64,000 nucleotides of DNA from positions 96,001-160,000 of the forward strand of contig CAWJJC010000028.1 of the NCBI GenBank assembly GCA_963843145.1. Reading direction: 5' to 3'. The DNA comes from an uncultured delta proteobacterium. GTDB lineage: Bacteria; Desulfobacterota; RBG-13-43-22. Under the pieces are notes generated by a model. That model searched no databases. It saw nothing but the letters and a program-made list of their open reading frames with translations, and was not told where the DNA came from. Positions within the stretch are counted from its first letter, which is position 1. Each line of letters starts with the position of its first letter. The position numbers and the translations under genes are program-made. Positions 49,225 through 59,142 of the stretch are shown here, one piece after another.

Positions 49225-49875
49225 TTTACTTTGCTCTCCGGGGGAACGGGTTTGGTCCCCGAGGCCGAGGGGCTTTGGGGAGGCTGTCCCGGTGTCGGTA
49301 CCGGGGTTGACAAAAGCTTATAGGTTACCAACTGACAGCGGGCGGTTATCTGGCCTGATTTTTCGTCATAGGCCCCCATTTCCAGGTTATGGACATTAAT
49401 CAAGCGGGGAAGACGACGGATCTGATCAAAAAAAATACCCATCTGGTGGTAATGGCCCCTCAGTTGAACGCTAACAGGGACTTCGGTAATAAAATCGCGG
49501 GCGATTTCCGGTTCCGGCTTAAAAAGTAAAAATTCCAAGCCGTTCTGTTGACCGACAGAGGAAACGGATTTTAAGAGTTCCGGAATTTCCTTGTCTGCGG
49601 GAAGTACCGCGGTCACTTCTTTGAGTTGAAGATCGATCTGGACCAGATCGTTCTGAAATTGTTTGATTTGAGCCAACGTTTTTTGTATTTGGGCCAACCG
49701 TTCCCGACCCCGAAGGACATCTTCCTGAAGCTCCACCCGTTTATCCCATTTCGGCTTAAGAATGAAGAGACTCAGGGCCAGGGCCAACAAAACCAGGCCG
49801 ACAAGCCCCGGCGGCTATTTTTTTGGCCGGACTGAGCATGATCCATTGATCGACCAGCGGGGTGTAAAAGGCCAT
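49221..49875 (-). CDS. pilO: Type IV pilus alignment protein, apparent frameshift ~49810
   Basis: LPADKEIPELL, EVPVSVQLRGHYHQMGIFFD..LPRLINV. Confidence 0.88.
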
Positions 49876-49879
49876 GGCT

Positions 49880-50488
49880 TTATTTTTTCTCCACCGGCGC
49901 CGGAGGCCTCACCGCACCTTTTTTGAGGGCGGTGATCGTGAACTGGTTGATTTTGATCTCCCAGTTGGGGGGAGGCTGCCCCTTGGTCGCTGTCGGGTAG
50001 GTTACCTGGCTGGATTGGATTAAATCGACCCGCGAAATGGGTTCCAGGGTATCCAATCGTTTCATGTAATCGGCCAGGACTTGATTGCTTAAGCTCATCC
50101 CGTCCAAGCGGATCTCCGAGTCCGTTTCCTTTAAGGCGGTGAGCCAAAGCTGATTAACCGGCAGGGCCACGGCCAGTTGCTCCAATAATCGCACCGGGCC
50201 GTGTCTTTCTTTTTCCAGTCGGGTCAGCAGGGCCAGACGGTTCTGGGCCAATTCCTTCTTGTCTTTCAAGACCTTGATTTCCCGTTGCAGGGTCGAAAAA
50301 CCCTGGGCCTGTTTTTCCAGGCTTAAGCGCTCTGTCTCCAAACGATGAATCTGCGCGCCTAATATCCAGTACCCGATGATGACGAAAGCCAGGATCGCTC
50401 CCAGGGAGAGTATGAAAATATTCCGGATCAACGAGGACTTATCAGTTCCCCGCGGTTCCTCCCTGGATAACAGATTGATCCGGATCAT
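49880..50488 (-). CDS. pilN: Type IV pilus alignment protein
   Basis: MIRINLL N-terminus, TM helix, coiled coil, LWLTAL. Confidence 0.92.
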   Translation of the reverse strand: MIRINLLSREEPRGTDKSSLIRNIFILSLGAILAFVIIGYWILGAQIHRLETERLSLEKQAQGFSTLQREIKVLKDKKELAQNRLALLTRLEKERHGPVRLLEQLAVALPVNQLWLTALKETDSEIRLDGMSLSNQVLADYMKRLDTLEPISRVDLIQSSQVTYPTATKGQPPPNWEIKINQFTITALKKGAVRPPAPVEKK

Positions 50489-51543
50489 CGATCACTTCTC
50501 CGGCGTAAGGCCAACCCCAGAGCGGTCACTGCCTGGGGGGCCACCCGGTTGAGTGACTCTCGATCAAAGGCGTCGGGATTCACTTTAACTCGGGTAAAGG
50601 GGTTGAACAGTTCCACCGGAAGCTTCAATTCCTGGGAAAAGAACGGGGCCAGTCCAGGGATCAAGGCTGATCCCCCGGAAAGAACGACCTTGGTCGGGCG
50701 GCTTTCGGGATCGGAGGCGGCCAGGAAATCAAAGGCCCTTTTAATTTCCTCAGCCCAGGAGGCGAGGGTATTCAAAACGGCCGGACCGATGGATTCCAGT
50801 GACCGGACGGCGGGGTCCCATTTTAACTTGGCCTCTTCGGCCTCATTAAAGGATAGCTTGCCCTGGGTTTGAATCTGTTCGGTTATCTGCCGGCCGCCCA
50901 AAGGAAGATCCCGGATGAAAAGGGGGCCTGAAGAATTAAACACATTAACGGTGATGAGGTCCGATCCCAGATCCAGAACGGCAATCGGGTTCCCGCTCAG
51001 GGGGTAATTGACTTCGTAGGCATTTTGGAGGGAAAAGGCGGTCACATCGGCAATCTTGACCTCTAATCCAGCCGTCTGAAGTATCTGCTGATAGGTCTCT
51101 AAAATATCTTTTTTGCCGGCTACCAATAAAACGGCCATGGTATCCGGTTCATCTTTTAACGGCCCAAGTATTTGGAAGTCCAGATTTACTTCTCGGACAT
51201 CAAAAGGGATATGTTGTTCGGCTTCCAGATGGATAGTCTCGGCCAACTCCTTTTCGGTCAACAAGGGCAGGGTGATTTTTTTGATTATGACCGAATAACC
51301 GGAAATGGCAAAGGCCGCCTCCTTGGTCGAGATTTCTAAGTGCTCCAATAAGGTGGCTAAGCTTCTGGCAATGACCTGGTGATCTTTTATGCTGCCGTCT
51401 TGAATGGAGTGGGGAGGGAGGTCGGTCTGTCCGTAATGTTCGAGGGCAATCCCAGCGGACGATTGATCAACTTGGCAAACCTTAATGGCTTGTGAACCTA
51501 TATCGACCCCGATGAGTTTAGTGGGTTTGGAAAAGCGCATCAA
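50485..51543 (-). CDS. pilM: Type IV pilus assembly actin-like protein
   Basis: IGVDIGS, EAEQHIPF, DLG, LSGGSA, GLALR. Confidence 0.93.
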   Translation of the reverse strand: MMRFSKPTKLIGVDIGSQAIKVCQVDQSSAGIALEHYGQTDLPPHSIQDGSIKDHQVIARSLATLLEHLEISTKEAAFAISGYSVIIKKITLPLLTEKELAETIHLEAEQHIPFDVREVNLDFQILGPLKDEPDTMAVLLVAGKKDILETYQQILQTAGLEVKIADVTAFSLQNAYEVNYPLSGNPIAVLDLGSDLITVNVFNSSGPLFIRDLPLGGRQITEQIQTQGKLSFNEAEEAKLKWDPAVRSLESIGPAVLNTLASWAEEIKRAFDFLAASDPESRPTKVVLSGGSALIPGLAPFFSQELKLPVELFNPFTRVKVNPDAFDRESLNRVAPQAVTALGLALRRRSDR

Positions 51544-51612
51544 TTTGGTTCAGCGTCTCTTTGGAAACTCGTTTATCCTCAACCTAAAATATAAACATAT
51601 CGTTGGAATTAG

Positions 51613-51629
51613 AGCAATTCACGTGCCAA
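51613..51629 (-). promoter_or_regulatory. Sigma-54 promoter of pilMNOPQ
   Basis: TTGGCACGTGAATTGCT, a near-perfect consensus match. Confidence 0.85.
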
Positions 51630-51806
51630 AACAGGAAAAATAAAAATACTAAATAATTTCAAATAATTAAATAAAAAAAACGCCCGGAGCCATCTCGTAC
51701 TGTCTTGTTTTCGTGACAAAAAAGGAAATTAGGGTCAAGGGTTTGACATCAGGAAACAAAAAGCTGAAAGGCATCCCCTCGCGTCCTTTAAGGATTGAAA
51801 CCAAAT

Positions 51807-52076
51807 CTTGGCCGTGCATCCTCTCTCGAACCAACAGCCAGGGTGTCCCCTGCCTGAAACAAAAGACTAGAGGCAGTTACGACACAAACCGCATTATTTA
51901 CCGCTGCTTCCTCCCGGACCTGACGGGGTTCATAATCGTTTGTTGCGTAACGTCCAATCCCAATTTCAAGAGAGGTAATCACCATGGATATTTCAAGTCC
52001 TCAAGAGGATATTCAGCCCCGCGTAAGCGGATTTCGGGTACAGGGCACCGCTAACTCCCCGCCTAGCACGACCAAG
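51807..52076 (-). ncRNA. ffs: Large (Alu-domain, Bacillus scRNA-type) signal recognition particle RNA
   Basis: 5' CGTGCTAGGCGGGGAGTTAGCGGTGCCCTGTACC; helix 8 GTCAGGTCCGGGAGGAAGCAGC; terminal pairing CTTGGTCGTGC/GCACGGCCAAG; ~270 nt. Confidence 0.92.
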
Positions 52077-52096
52077 CTGCTTCTAGGTATATATAT

Positions 52097-52375
52097 CTAT
52101 AAGATATCGACCATTTCTTTTAATTCTTTGCCGACTTTAAAAAAAGGAAGCTTTTTTTGGTTGACATTGATCACCGAGCCGGTCTTGGGGTTTCTTCCCT
52201 GGTAACCCTGGTAGTTCTTGACTTTAAAACTTCCGAACCCCCGAATTTCCACACGCTCCCGTTGCACCAAAGCCAGTTCAATACTATCAAAAAAATTGGT
52301 GACCACGAATTCGGCGTTTTTAATGGTCAAACCCTGCATTTTGGCCAAGGCTTCAATCAATTGCGATTTATTCAT
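52097..52375 (-). CDS. ihfB: Integration host factor beta / HU family protein
   Basis: MNKSQLI..RVEIRGFGSF..GRNPKTG..PFFKVGKELKE. Confidence 0.88.
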   Translation of the reverse strand: MNKSQLIEALAKMQGLTIKNAEFVVTNFFDSIELALVQRERVEIRGFGSFKVKNYQGYQGRNPKTGSVINVNQKKLPFFKVGKELKEMVDIL

Positions 52376-52532
52376 AACCCCAATTCTCCTTTAAATTGGA
52401 AAAACTCAACGCTTTTTAGAGACCTTGATAGCAAAGGATACTGATATTATTTAAAAATGCAAGAAAAAAGAGCACCTCCGAACAGAAAAAATTAGCAGTT
52501 GATTTTTCAAAGTAGGATGATATAAGGGCTCT

Positions 52533-53660
52533 ATGGAAAAGCGATTACCCTCCGTAAAGAAAACTATCCAGGACTTGGTACCCTATCCTCCCGGAAAACC
52601 CATTGACGAGTTAACCCGGGAATATGGGATCCGGGAAGTGGTTAAACTGGCCTCCAATGAAAATCCGCTGGGTCCTTCCCCTAAAGCGGTTTTGGCGATT
52701 CAACGGGAGCTGGCCCAGTTGCACCGCTACCCGGATGGAAGCGGCTATTATCTGAAGCAGGCCTTAAGCGAACGGTTAAGGGTCGAGGCGAGCCGAATAT
52801 TTTTAGGAAACGGTTCCAACGAAATCATTGAGTTGGCCCTGAAAACCTTTATGACTCCGGGGGACGAAGTCCTTTCCCCTTTCCCCTCTTTTTTGATGTA
52901 CACCAAGGCCGTGCAGGCCTTGGCCGGGCGAAACCGATTGATCCCTTTAGCAGGATTTACGGTGGACTTAAAAGGTCTGCTTAAAGGGATTGGTCCGCGG
53001 ACCAGAATAGTGATCGTCAACAATCCCAACAATCCGACCGGAACCGTTGTGTCCCGCAAGGACTGGGAATATTTTATAAAACGGGTGCCGTCCGGAGTAT
53101 TGATACTTCTGGATGAGGCTTATATCGATTTTGTGGAGGATCCCAACTGCCCTGTGGGGACGGATTATCTGGCCAAGTACAAAAATCTATTGGTGATTCG
53201 CACTTTTTCCAAGGCCTACGGTCTGGCCGGGTTGCGAATAGGTTACGGGTTGACCAGCCCGGAACTGGCGGACTACCTGAATCGGGTCCGACAACCCTTC
53301 AATGTGAATTCACTGGCCTTGGCCGGAGCCCTAGGGGCACTGGAAGACGGTTCTTTCTATCAAAAGACCCGCCGTCTAATCTTGAGAGGCAGGAAAAGGC
53401 TGGAGGAGGAGCTGGAACGTCTGGGGTTGAGAGTAGTCCCCTCGCAAACCAACTTTATTTTGATTGAAGTTCCCCTGGAGGCCCAGGCGTTGTACGAGAC
53501 CATGCTCCGCCAGGGGGTAATCATTCGCTCGATGAAAAGCTTCGGTCTGGAACGGTTCATACGGGTCAATGTCGGCCTTCCTTCGGAAAACTCCAAGTTT
53601 TTGAGGGCCCTCCGTCTTTCGTTAGGAAAAGCAGGGTATGCTCCCGATCGTCACCATTGA
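52533..53660 (+). CDS. hisC: Histidinol-phosphate aminotransferase
   Basis: KLASNENPLG, GNGSNE, NPNNPTG, DEAY, RTFSKAYGLAGLRIG. Confidence 0.95.
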   Translation: MEKRLPSVKKTIQDLVPYPPGKPIDELTREYGIREVVKLASNENPLGPSPKAVLAIQRELAQLHRYPDGSGYYLKQALSERLRVEASRIFLGNGSNEIIELALKTFMTPGDEVLSPFPSFLMYTKAVQALAGRNRLIPLAGFTVDLKGLLKGIGPRTRIVIVNNPNNPTGTVVSRKDWEYFIKRVPSGVLILLDEAYIDFVEDPNCPVGTDYLAKYKNLLVIRTFSKAYGLAGLRIGYGLTSPELADYLNRVRQPFNVNSLALAGALGALEDGSFYQKTRRLILRGRKRLEEELERLGLRVVPSQTNFILIEVPLEAQALYETMLRQGVIIRSMKSFGLERFIRVNVGLPSENSKFLRALRLSLGKAGYAPDRHH

Positions 53661-54315
53661 CGGTCCGGCCGGCAGCGGGAAAAGCACCTTATGCCGACTG
53701 CTGGCCGATCGGCTCGGATTCGAATGTCTGGATACCGGGGCCATGTACCGGGCGGTGGCCTGGGCTCTGCGAGAAAAGGGGGCAGGCCATTTATGCGGAG
53801 AACCATTAAAAGCCTTCATCCGTTCCCTTGAAGTGGAAATAAAGGGGGTGGGGGACCGGCAAACGGTTCAAGTAGGGGGGCTGGAGGTCACCCGGGAGAT
53901 TCGACAGCCGGAAATCAGTCAATGGGCCTCGATCTTTTCATCCCGGCCTGAGGTCAGGCAAGTCCTGACCGAAAAACAAAGGCGGATAGGAGCCTTGGGG
54001 GGCTTGGTCGCCGAGGGCCGGGATATGGGGACCGTGGTTTTTCCCGAAGCTCCGATCAAGTTTTTTTTGGAGGCCTCCCTGGAGGTTCGGGCCCGGCGAC
54101 GATTAAGGGAACTGGTCCAGTCGGGGTATCCGTCGCCGAGTCTGGACGAAGTGCTGGCCGAAATGGCTCGGCGGGATCTTCGAGATCAACAACGGGCCTT
54201 AGCCCCCTTGCGTCCGGCCAGCGACGCCGTGGTCCTTGATACTTCCGGCTATTCGATTGACGAGGTACTGCAAGAAATGCTGGCCAAAATCAGCCTGTCC
54301 CCTCCGGTGGTCTGA
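53638..54315 (+). CDS. cmk: Cytidylate kinase
   Basis: IDGPAGSGKST, LDTGAMYR, EGRDMGTVVFP. Confidence 0.95.
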   Translation: MLPIVTIDGPAGSGKSTLCRLLADRLGFECLDTGAMYRAVAWALREKGAGHLCGEPLKAFIRSLEVEIKGVGDRQTVQVGGLEVTREIRQPEISQWASIFSSRPEVRQVLTEKQRRIGALGGLVAEGRDMGTVVFPEAPIKFFLEASLEVRARRRLRELVQSGYPSPSLDEVLAEMARRDLRDQQRALAPLRPASDAVVLDTSGYSIDEVLQEMLAKISLSPPVV

Positions 54316-54512
54316 GCCGGGAGTCTACCTATTATTTTTCGAAGCTGACGAAAAAACTTGATTTTTTATTTATTTTTGATATAAATGAAAAGTTTTAATA
54401 CGGATTTAGTGCGGTTGGTCTGTACACTGATTTCGAATTTGAAGGTCACCTGTCCGTCAGGGAGAGGCGGTCGGGATATTAAACCAGGATTTTGAGGGGG
54501 ATAAACAATTAA

Positions 54513-56432
54513 ATGGAAAATAACAACGAGGAAATGGGTAAACTTGAACAAGAAACCAACACTGAGGAACCGTCCGTCCAGGAATCCGTGGTAACCGACA
54601 GGGGGGAAGAGGATCTCCAGACTTTGGAGGAACCGTCCATCCAGGAATCCGAGGTAACCGACAGGGGGGAAGAGGATCTCCAGACTTTGGAGGAACCGTC
54701 CGTCCAGGAATCCGTGGTAACCGCCCAGGGGGAACAGGAGTTCCAGACTTTATATGAAGAAAGCTTGAAAACCTACCAGGAGGGGGAAGTCGTTCGGGGT
54801 AAGATCGTGAGCATTGAGAAAGAATTTGTCATGGTCGATATCGGATATAAGTCCGAGGGACGGATCCCGATCGATGAATTTATGAGTTCGGTTGGCGGGG
54901 AAATAACCGCCAAGGTCGGCGATTGGATTGATGTGCTCATTGAAAAGCGGGAAGACGAAGATGACGGCGATATCCGTCTTTCCAAGGAACGGGCGGCGAA
55001 GATTTTAATCTGGGATGAAATCAGCCGGATCTACCGGGATGACGGGGTCATTGAAGGCCGGGTAGTCGGGAAAGTGAAGGGCGGGTTGTCGGTCGATATC
55101 GGCCTGCCGGCCTTTTTGCCCGGATCGCAAGTGGATCTTCAACCGGTTCGGGATATGGATCATCTCATCGGCCAAACCCTCTTTTTTAAGATATTGAAAT
55201 ACAATAAGAAGCGGAACAATGTCGTTCTGTCCCGGCGATCCATATTGGAAAAAGAAAGGGAAAGTCAGCGAAACCAGATATTGGATACCCTGGAAAAGGG
55301 GCAGATTCTGGAAGGAGTGGTGAAGAATATCACCGATTATGGGATCTTTATCGATCTAGGCGGTATTGACGGACTGCTGCACGTGACCGATATTTCCTGG
55401 GGTCGGGCCAGTCACCCTTCCGATATCTGCCAGGTGGGCGAAACGCTACGGGTGGTAGTCTTGAATTTCGACCGGGAAAGGCAGCGGGTTTCTCTGGGAC
55501 TTAAACAGCTTCTGGCCGATCCCTGGACGGTAGTAACGGAAAAATACCAAATCGGTTCCCGGGTTCAGGGGAAAGTGGTGAACCTAACCGAGTACGGGGC
55601 CTTTGTGGAACTGGAGACCGGGGTGGAAGGGCTGATTCACGTTTCGGAAATGTCCTGGACGCAGAAGATCCGTCATCCATCGAAAGTTGTTTCGGTGGGG
55701 GATCAGGTGGAAGCCGTGGTCATATCCGTGGACCCCGATAAGAAACGCATTTCGTTGGGCATGAAACAGATAGAGCCGAATCCCTGGGATGTGATTGCCG
55801 AAAAATATCCGGTGGGGACGGTTATTGAAGGCAAGATTAAGAATATTACCGACTTCGGCTTGTTTATCGGCATCGACGAAGGCATTGACGGGCTGGTTCA
55901 TATTTCAGATATTTCCTGGATCAAGCGCATCAAGCACCCGGCCGAGTTATACAAAAAAGGTCAGGAGATTCAGGCCAAGGTCCTGCATATCGATAAGGAT
56001 CAGGAACGTTTTTCTTTGGGCATCAAGCAGTTGGAGATCGATCCCTGGGAGGATATCCCCCGAAAATACGCCCCCGGGACAATGGTTACCGGAATTATCA
56101 CCAATGTGACCGATTTCGGTATCTTCGTGGAGTTGGAAGAGGGGATCGAGGGTCTGGTGCATGTTTCCGAGGTGAGCAAGGAAAAAATCAAGACCCCGGT
56201 CGGTCTATTTAAAGTGGGTGACCTGATCAGCGCCAAGGTTATCAATGTCAATAAAAAGGACCGGCGCATCGGATTGTCTATTCGCCGGGCCAAAAAAGAA
56301 GAAGATCAACAATACGTGAAGGAATATGTCAATACTTCCCGGGAAGCCAGTTCCAACCTGGGGGATTTGTTGCGGGAAGGATTGGAAAATAAAACCAAGA
56401 CCTCTCTCGATCCCCAGGAAAATACCGACTGA
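54513..56432 (+). CDS. rpsA: 30S ribosomal protein S1 with N-terminal acidic tandem repeat
   Basis: Six S1 domains (DIGYKSEG, AFLPGSQVD, DGLLHVTDISW, EGLIHVSEMSW). Confidence 0.96.
   Translation: MENNNEEMGKLEQETNTEEPSVQESVVTDRGEEDLQTLEEPSIQESEVTDRGEEDLQTLEEPSVQESVVTAQGEQEFQTLYEESLKTYQEGEVVRGKIVSIEKEFVMVDIGYKSEGRIPIDEFMSSVGGEITAKVGDWIDVLIEKREDEDDGDIRLSKERAAKILIWDEISRIYRDDGVIEGRVVGKVKGGLSVDIGLPAFLPGSQVDLQPVRDMDHLIGQTLFFKILKYNKKRNNVVLSRRSILEKERESQRNQILDTLEKGQILEGVVKNITDYGIFIDLGGIDGLLHVTDISWGRASHPSDICQVGETLRVVVLNFDRERQRVSLGLKQLLADPWTVVTEKYQIGSRVQGKVVNLTEYGAFVELETGVEGLIHVSEMSWTQKIRHPSKVVSVGDQVEAVVISVDPDKKRISLGMKQIEPNPWDVIAEKYPVGTVIEGKIKNITDFGLFIGIDEGIDGLVHISDISWIKRIKHPAELYKKGQEIQAKVLHIDKDQERFSLGIKQLEIDPWEDIPRKYAPGTMVTGIITNVTDFGIFVELEEGIEGLVHVSEVSKEKIKTPVGLFKVGDLISAKVINVNKKDRRIGLSIRRAKKEEDQQYVKEYVNTSREASSNLGDLLREGLENKTKTSLDPQENTD
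54564..54752 (+). repeat. Three 63-bp in-frame tandem repeats
   Basis: EEPSVQESVVTDRGEEDLQTL and two variants. Confidence 0.95.
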
Positions 56433-56626
56433 TACGGGGAACCAACCTTCGTCTCTAACCCGATCCCCCCCCTGGAGGGCTATCTAGGCCCGTCTAGGGG
56501 GAGGCCCCATCTTTCTGCAGGTTTTCTACTGTGGAGATCGAAAAAAGTCTCTCCCATCCTTCTCCCATTATCTAATGGCCAAACACCGACATCCGTTTTC
56601 GACTGGTTATGGGTCCCCCCCGCTTT

Positions 56627-57234
56627 TTACAGAAACTGACTCACCTCACCCTGGCCGGCCCGAATGACTTCCGGCAGGTCGTCCAGCAACGAGATGATGC
56701 TGGAGGGCTGGTTGGGGAGGATTCCTCCGTCAATCGTGAGTTCTATCTGGGAGCCGAAGGTTTCTTCGATCTGCTGCGGGTCGCTTAAGACCTCCCGGCC
56801 GGACCAACCGACGCTGGTGCTGATGATCGGATGCCCTAAGGCCTCGACAATAGCCAGACAAATGTTATTATTGGGAACCCGGATGCCCACCGTTTTCCTT
56901 TTGGTCAGCATGATCTTGGGCACCAGTTTGGTTCCCGGCAGGATGAAGGTATAAGGGCCAGGCAGTAGGCGCTTCATGGTCTTATAGGCATAATCGGTCA
57001 CCTGGGCGTATTCGCTGATATTTTTCAGGTCGGAACAGATAAAACTGAAGGGTTTGGAGCGGTCCCGCTTTTTGATCTGATAAATCCGCTGGATCGCTTT
57101 TTTGTTCAGGATGTCACAACCAAAACCGTAAATGGTGTCGGTCGGGTAGGCGATCACCCCCCGGTCCTTAAGATGTCCACCGCTTTGGAAATCAGTCTTT
57201 TTTGCGGATTTTGCGGGTTGATGCGGTAGATCAT
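56627..57234 (-). CDS. L-threonylcarbamoyladenylate synthase family (Sua5/YrdC/YciO), apparent frameshift in a G-run ~57160
   Basis: MIYRINPQNPQKRL.. then IAYPTDTIYG, PGPYTFIL, VGIRVP, PIISTS. Confidence 0.88.
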
Positions 57235-57396
57235 AGACCTTCCCCTTTCCCGGCGTCCGGGCGGCGGATTCAATTAGGTAAACGGTTCACAAAGACTGTA
57301 AAGTTTCTTCCCTTTATGGTAATAGTACCGAGAACCGGGACAATTGTCAAATTCATTAGACTATCGGAATAGTAGGCCGAAGGAAAGGTTAAATCC

Positions 57397-58203
57397 ATGA
57401 CAACTCTGGGAAACGGTTTGCCGATAATGGTTTATGGGCTGGTTGGCCTGTTGGGTCTGGTATTGGGCAGTTTTTTCAATGTCTGTATTTATCGGCTGCC
57501 CCGGGATGAGTCCATCGTTTGGCCGGGCTCGCACTGTCCCCGCTGTGGGCACGGCCTGTCCCCCTGGGAGAATATTCCTTTGGTAAGTTTCTTGCTATTA
57601 AGGGGGGCATGCCGCTACTGCCGACAACCCATCGCTTATCGCTATCCGCTGATCGAACTCCTGACGGCCTTCCTGATGGTCGCCCTGGTTTGGCGTTTTG
57701 GAATTTCCTGGCTCTTCCTCCAGGGTGCCGTTTTGGCCGGCGCCCTGGTGGTGGTCACTTTTATCGACTGGGAGCACCAAATCATCCCGGACGTTATTTC
57801 GTTGCCGGGGTTGGTCGTGGGCCTGGGATTATCCTGGCTGACGGGAGAACCCGGATGGAAATCCTCCCTGATCGGATTACTGGTTGGAGGCGGTCTCCTC
57901 TACCTGCTGGCCACCGGCTACGAACTATTGGCGAAAAGAGAAGGTATGGGCGGGGGAGATATCAAGTTATTAGCCATGATCGGCGCTTTTTTGGGCTGGA
58001 CCGGTGTCCTGGTTACCATAATCATCTCCTCACTGATCGGCAGCATCCTGGGAATCGCCCTGATCCTTTTCTGGAAAAAAGGGCGAACCCACGCCCTGCC
58101 TTTCGGACCCTTCCTCGCTTTGGGCGCTCTGGTCCATCTTTTCCTGGGACCCGAGCTCATCGCCTGGTATCTGAATTTTTCTTCCCTTACCCCCCCCAGG
58201 TAA
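57397..58203 (+). CDS. pilD: Prepilin peptidase/N-methyltransferase
   Basis: GSFFNVCIYRLP, CPRC..CRYC, FIDWEHQIIPD, GMGGGDIKL, PFGPFL. Confidence 0.95.
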   Translation: MTTLGNGLPIMVYGLVGLLGLVLGSFFNVCIYRLPRDESIVWPGSHCPRCGHGLSPWENIPLVSFLLLRGACRYCRQPIAYRYPLIELLTAFLMVALVWRFGISWLFLQGAVLAGALVVVTFIDWEHQIIPDVISLPGLVVGLGLSWLTGEPGWKSSLIGLLVGGGLLYLLATGYELLAKREGMGGGDIKLLAMIGAFLGWTGVLVTIIISSLIGSILGIALILFWKKGRTHALPFGPFLALGALVHLFLGPELIAWYLNFSSLTPPR

Positions 58204-58322
58204 CTCCAAAAATCATTCGCAGAATTGTTGCCGTTCCTTCGGAGAGGTCTTGTGAACCTCTGGGGGAATCCTTACGCGACGATCTATCTTGGCGCGGGAT
58301 GGATTCTGGCGAGGTCAATGAA

Positions 58323-58456
58323 GAAGATGAACATCGAACATCGAACGTCCAACATCGAAGGTCTAATGGGGAAAGAACTAGAAACAGCCTTCGGTATTGG
58401 CTGCTTGTTTTTCATTCGATGTTGGACGTTCGATGTTCGATGTTCGACGTTCATCT
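58323..58456. repeat. Heptamer-built palindromic element, copy 2 of 2671-2851
   Basis: Same arms, different centre. Confidence 0.85.
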
Positions 58457-58494
58457 TTTAAGGCACCCCTAGACGACATAAATGGAGCCCTTTA

Positions 58495-59004
58495 ATGTTT
58501 ATAAAACAACGTAGCGCTTATGAGAAAGAAGACAGGAGGGCTCAAGCCAAGGGACTGACTCTCCTGGAGATCGTCGTCACCATGGGGTTGGTCGGTCTGA
58601 CGGCGGCCCTGGTCGGTTTTGGTTTCCGGGACCTTTACCCCACTCTCCATCTGCAGGGAGCAGTAAAGGATATCGTCCTGGATATCCAGACGGCTCGGAT
58701 GATGGCCATTGCTCAAAACCGCCCATGCCGAATAGTTTTTTCCCCGGGCCGGGAATCCTATCAGATCGAGAAGGCCTCCGCCTCCGGGGGCGTCCAGTGG
58801 ACAGGAGTCCCGGCAGGAATCCCGCGAGAATTCAATAACCCCGACAATCCCTATTATCATCCGGGGGTGGATCTCTTGAGCAGCAGCTTCAACCCGGTTT
58901 TTTCACCCCGGGGGACGGCTGCCGGCGCCTCTATTCTCCTGAAGAGCGGAGAACGACAGAAGTTGATTACTGTTTCATCACAAGGAAGGGTAAGAGTGCA
59001 ATAA
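58495..59004 (+). CDS. FimT/FimU/GspH-like minor pilin
   Basis: KG|LTLLEIVV; DIQTARMMAI; VFSPRG; VSSQGRVR. Confidence 0.85.
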   Translation: MFIKQRSAYEKEDRRAQAKGLTLLEIVVTMGLVGLTAALVGFGFRDLYPTLHLQGAVKDIVLDIQTARMMAIAQNRPCRIVFSPGRESYQIEKASASGGVQWTGVPAGIPREFNNPDNPYYHPGVDLLSSSFNPVFSPRGTAAGASILLKSGERQKLITVSSQGRVRVQ

Positions 59005-59142
59005 AGCGTCGCTTCGCCCTTTTGGGTGGGTACCCCCCCCATATCTGGTATGGCCGCCGGGTCTCGGCGGCCACGGAGCACCGATTTCAGACTAAGCTAC
59101 CATATATTGTGGCCATCCACCCAAAAAGGAGGAGGTAAAGAA

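Noticed and set aside
51807-52076. 6S RNA, or the ORFs 51713-52054 and 51788-51985
   Set aside because: The sequence carries the SRP helix-8 motif and Alu 5' end; the ORFs are shadows of the RNA gene
57150-57180. Programmed frameshifting or phase variation in the YrdC-family gene, gmhB, the enoyl-CoA hydratase or hsdM
   Set aside because: Single-base indels in short runs, scattered across unrelated housekeeping genes, are best explained by sequencing error
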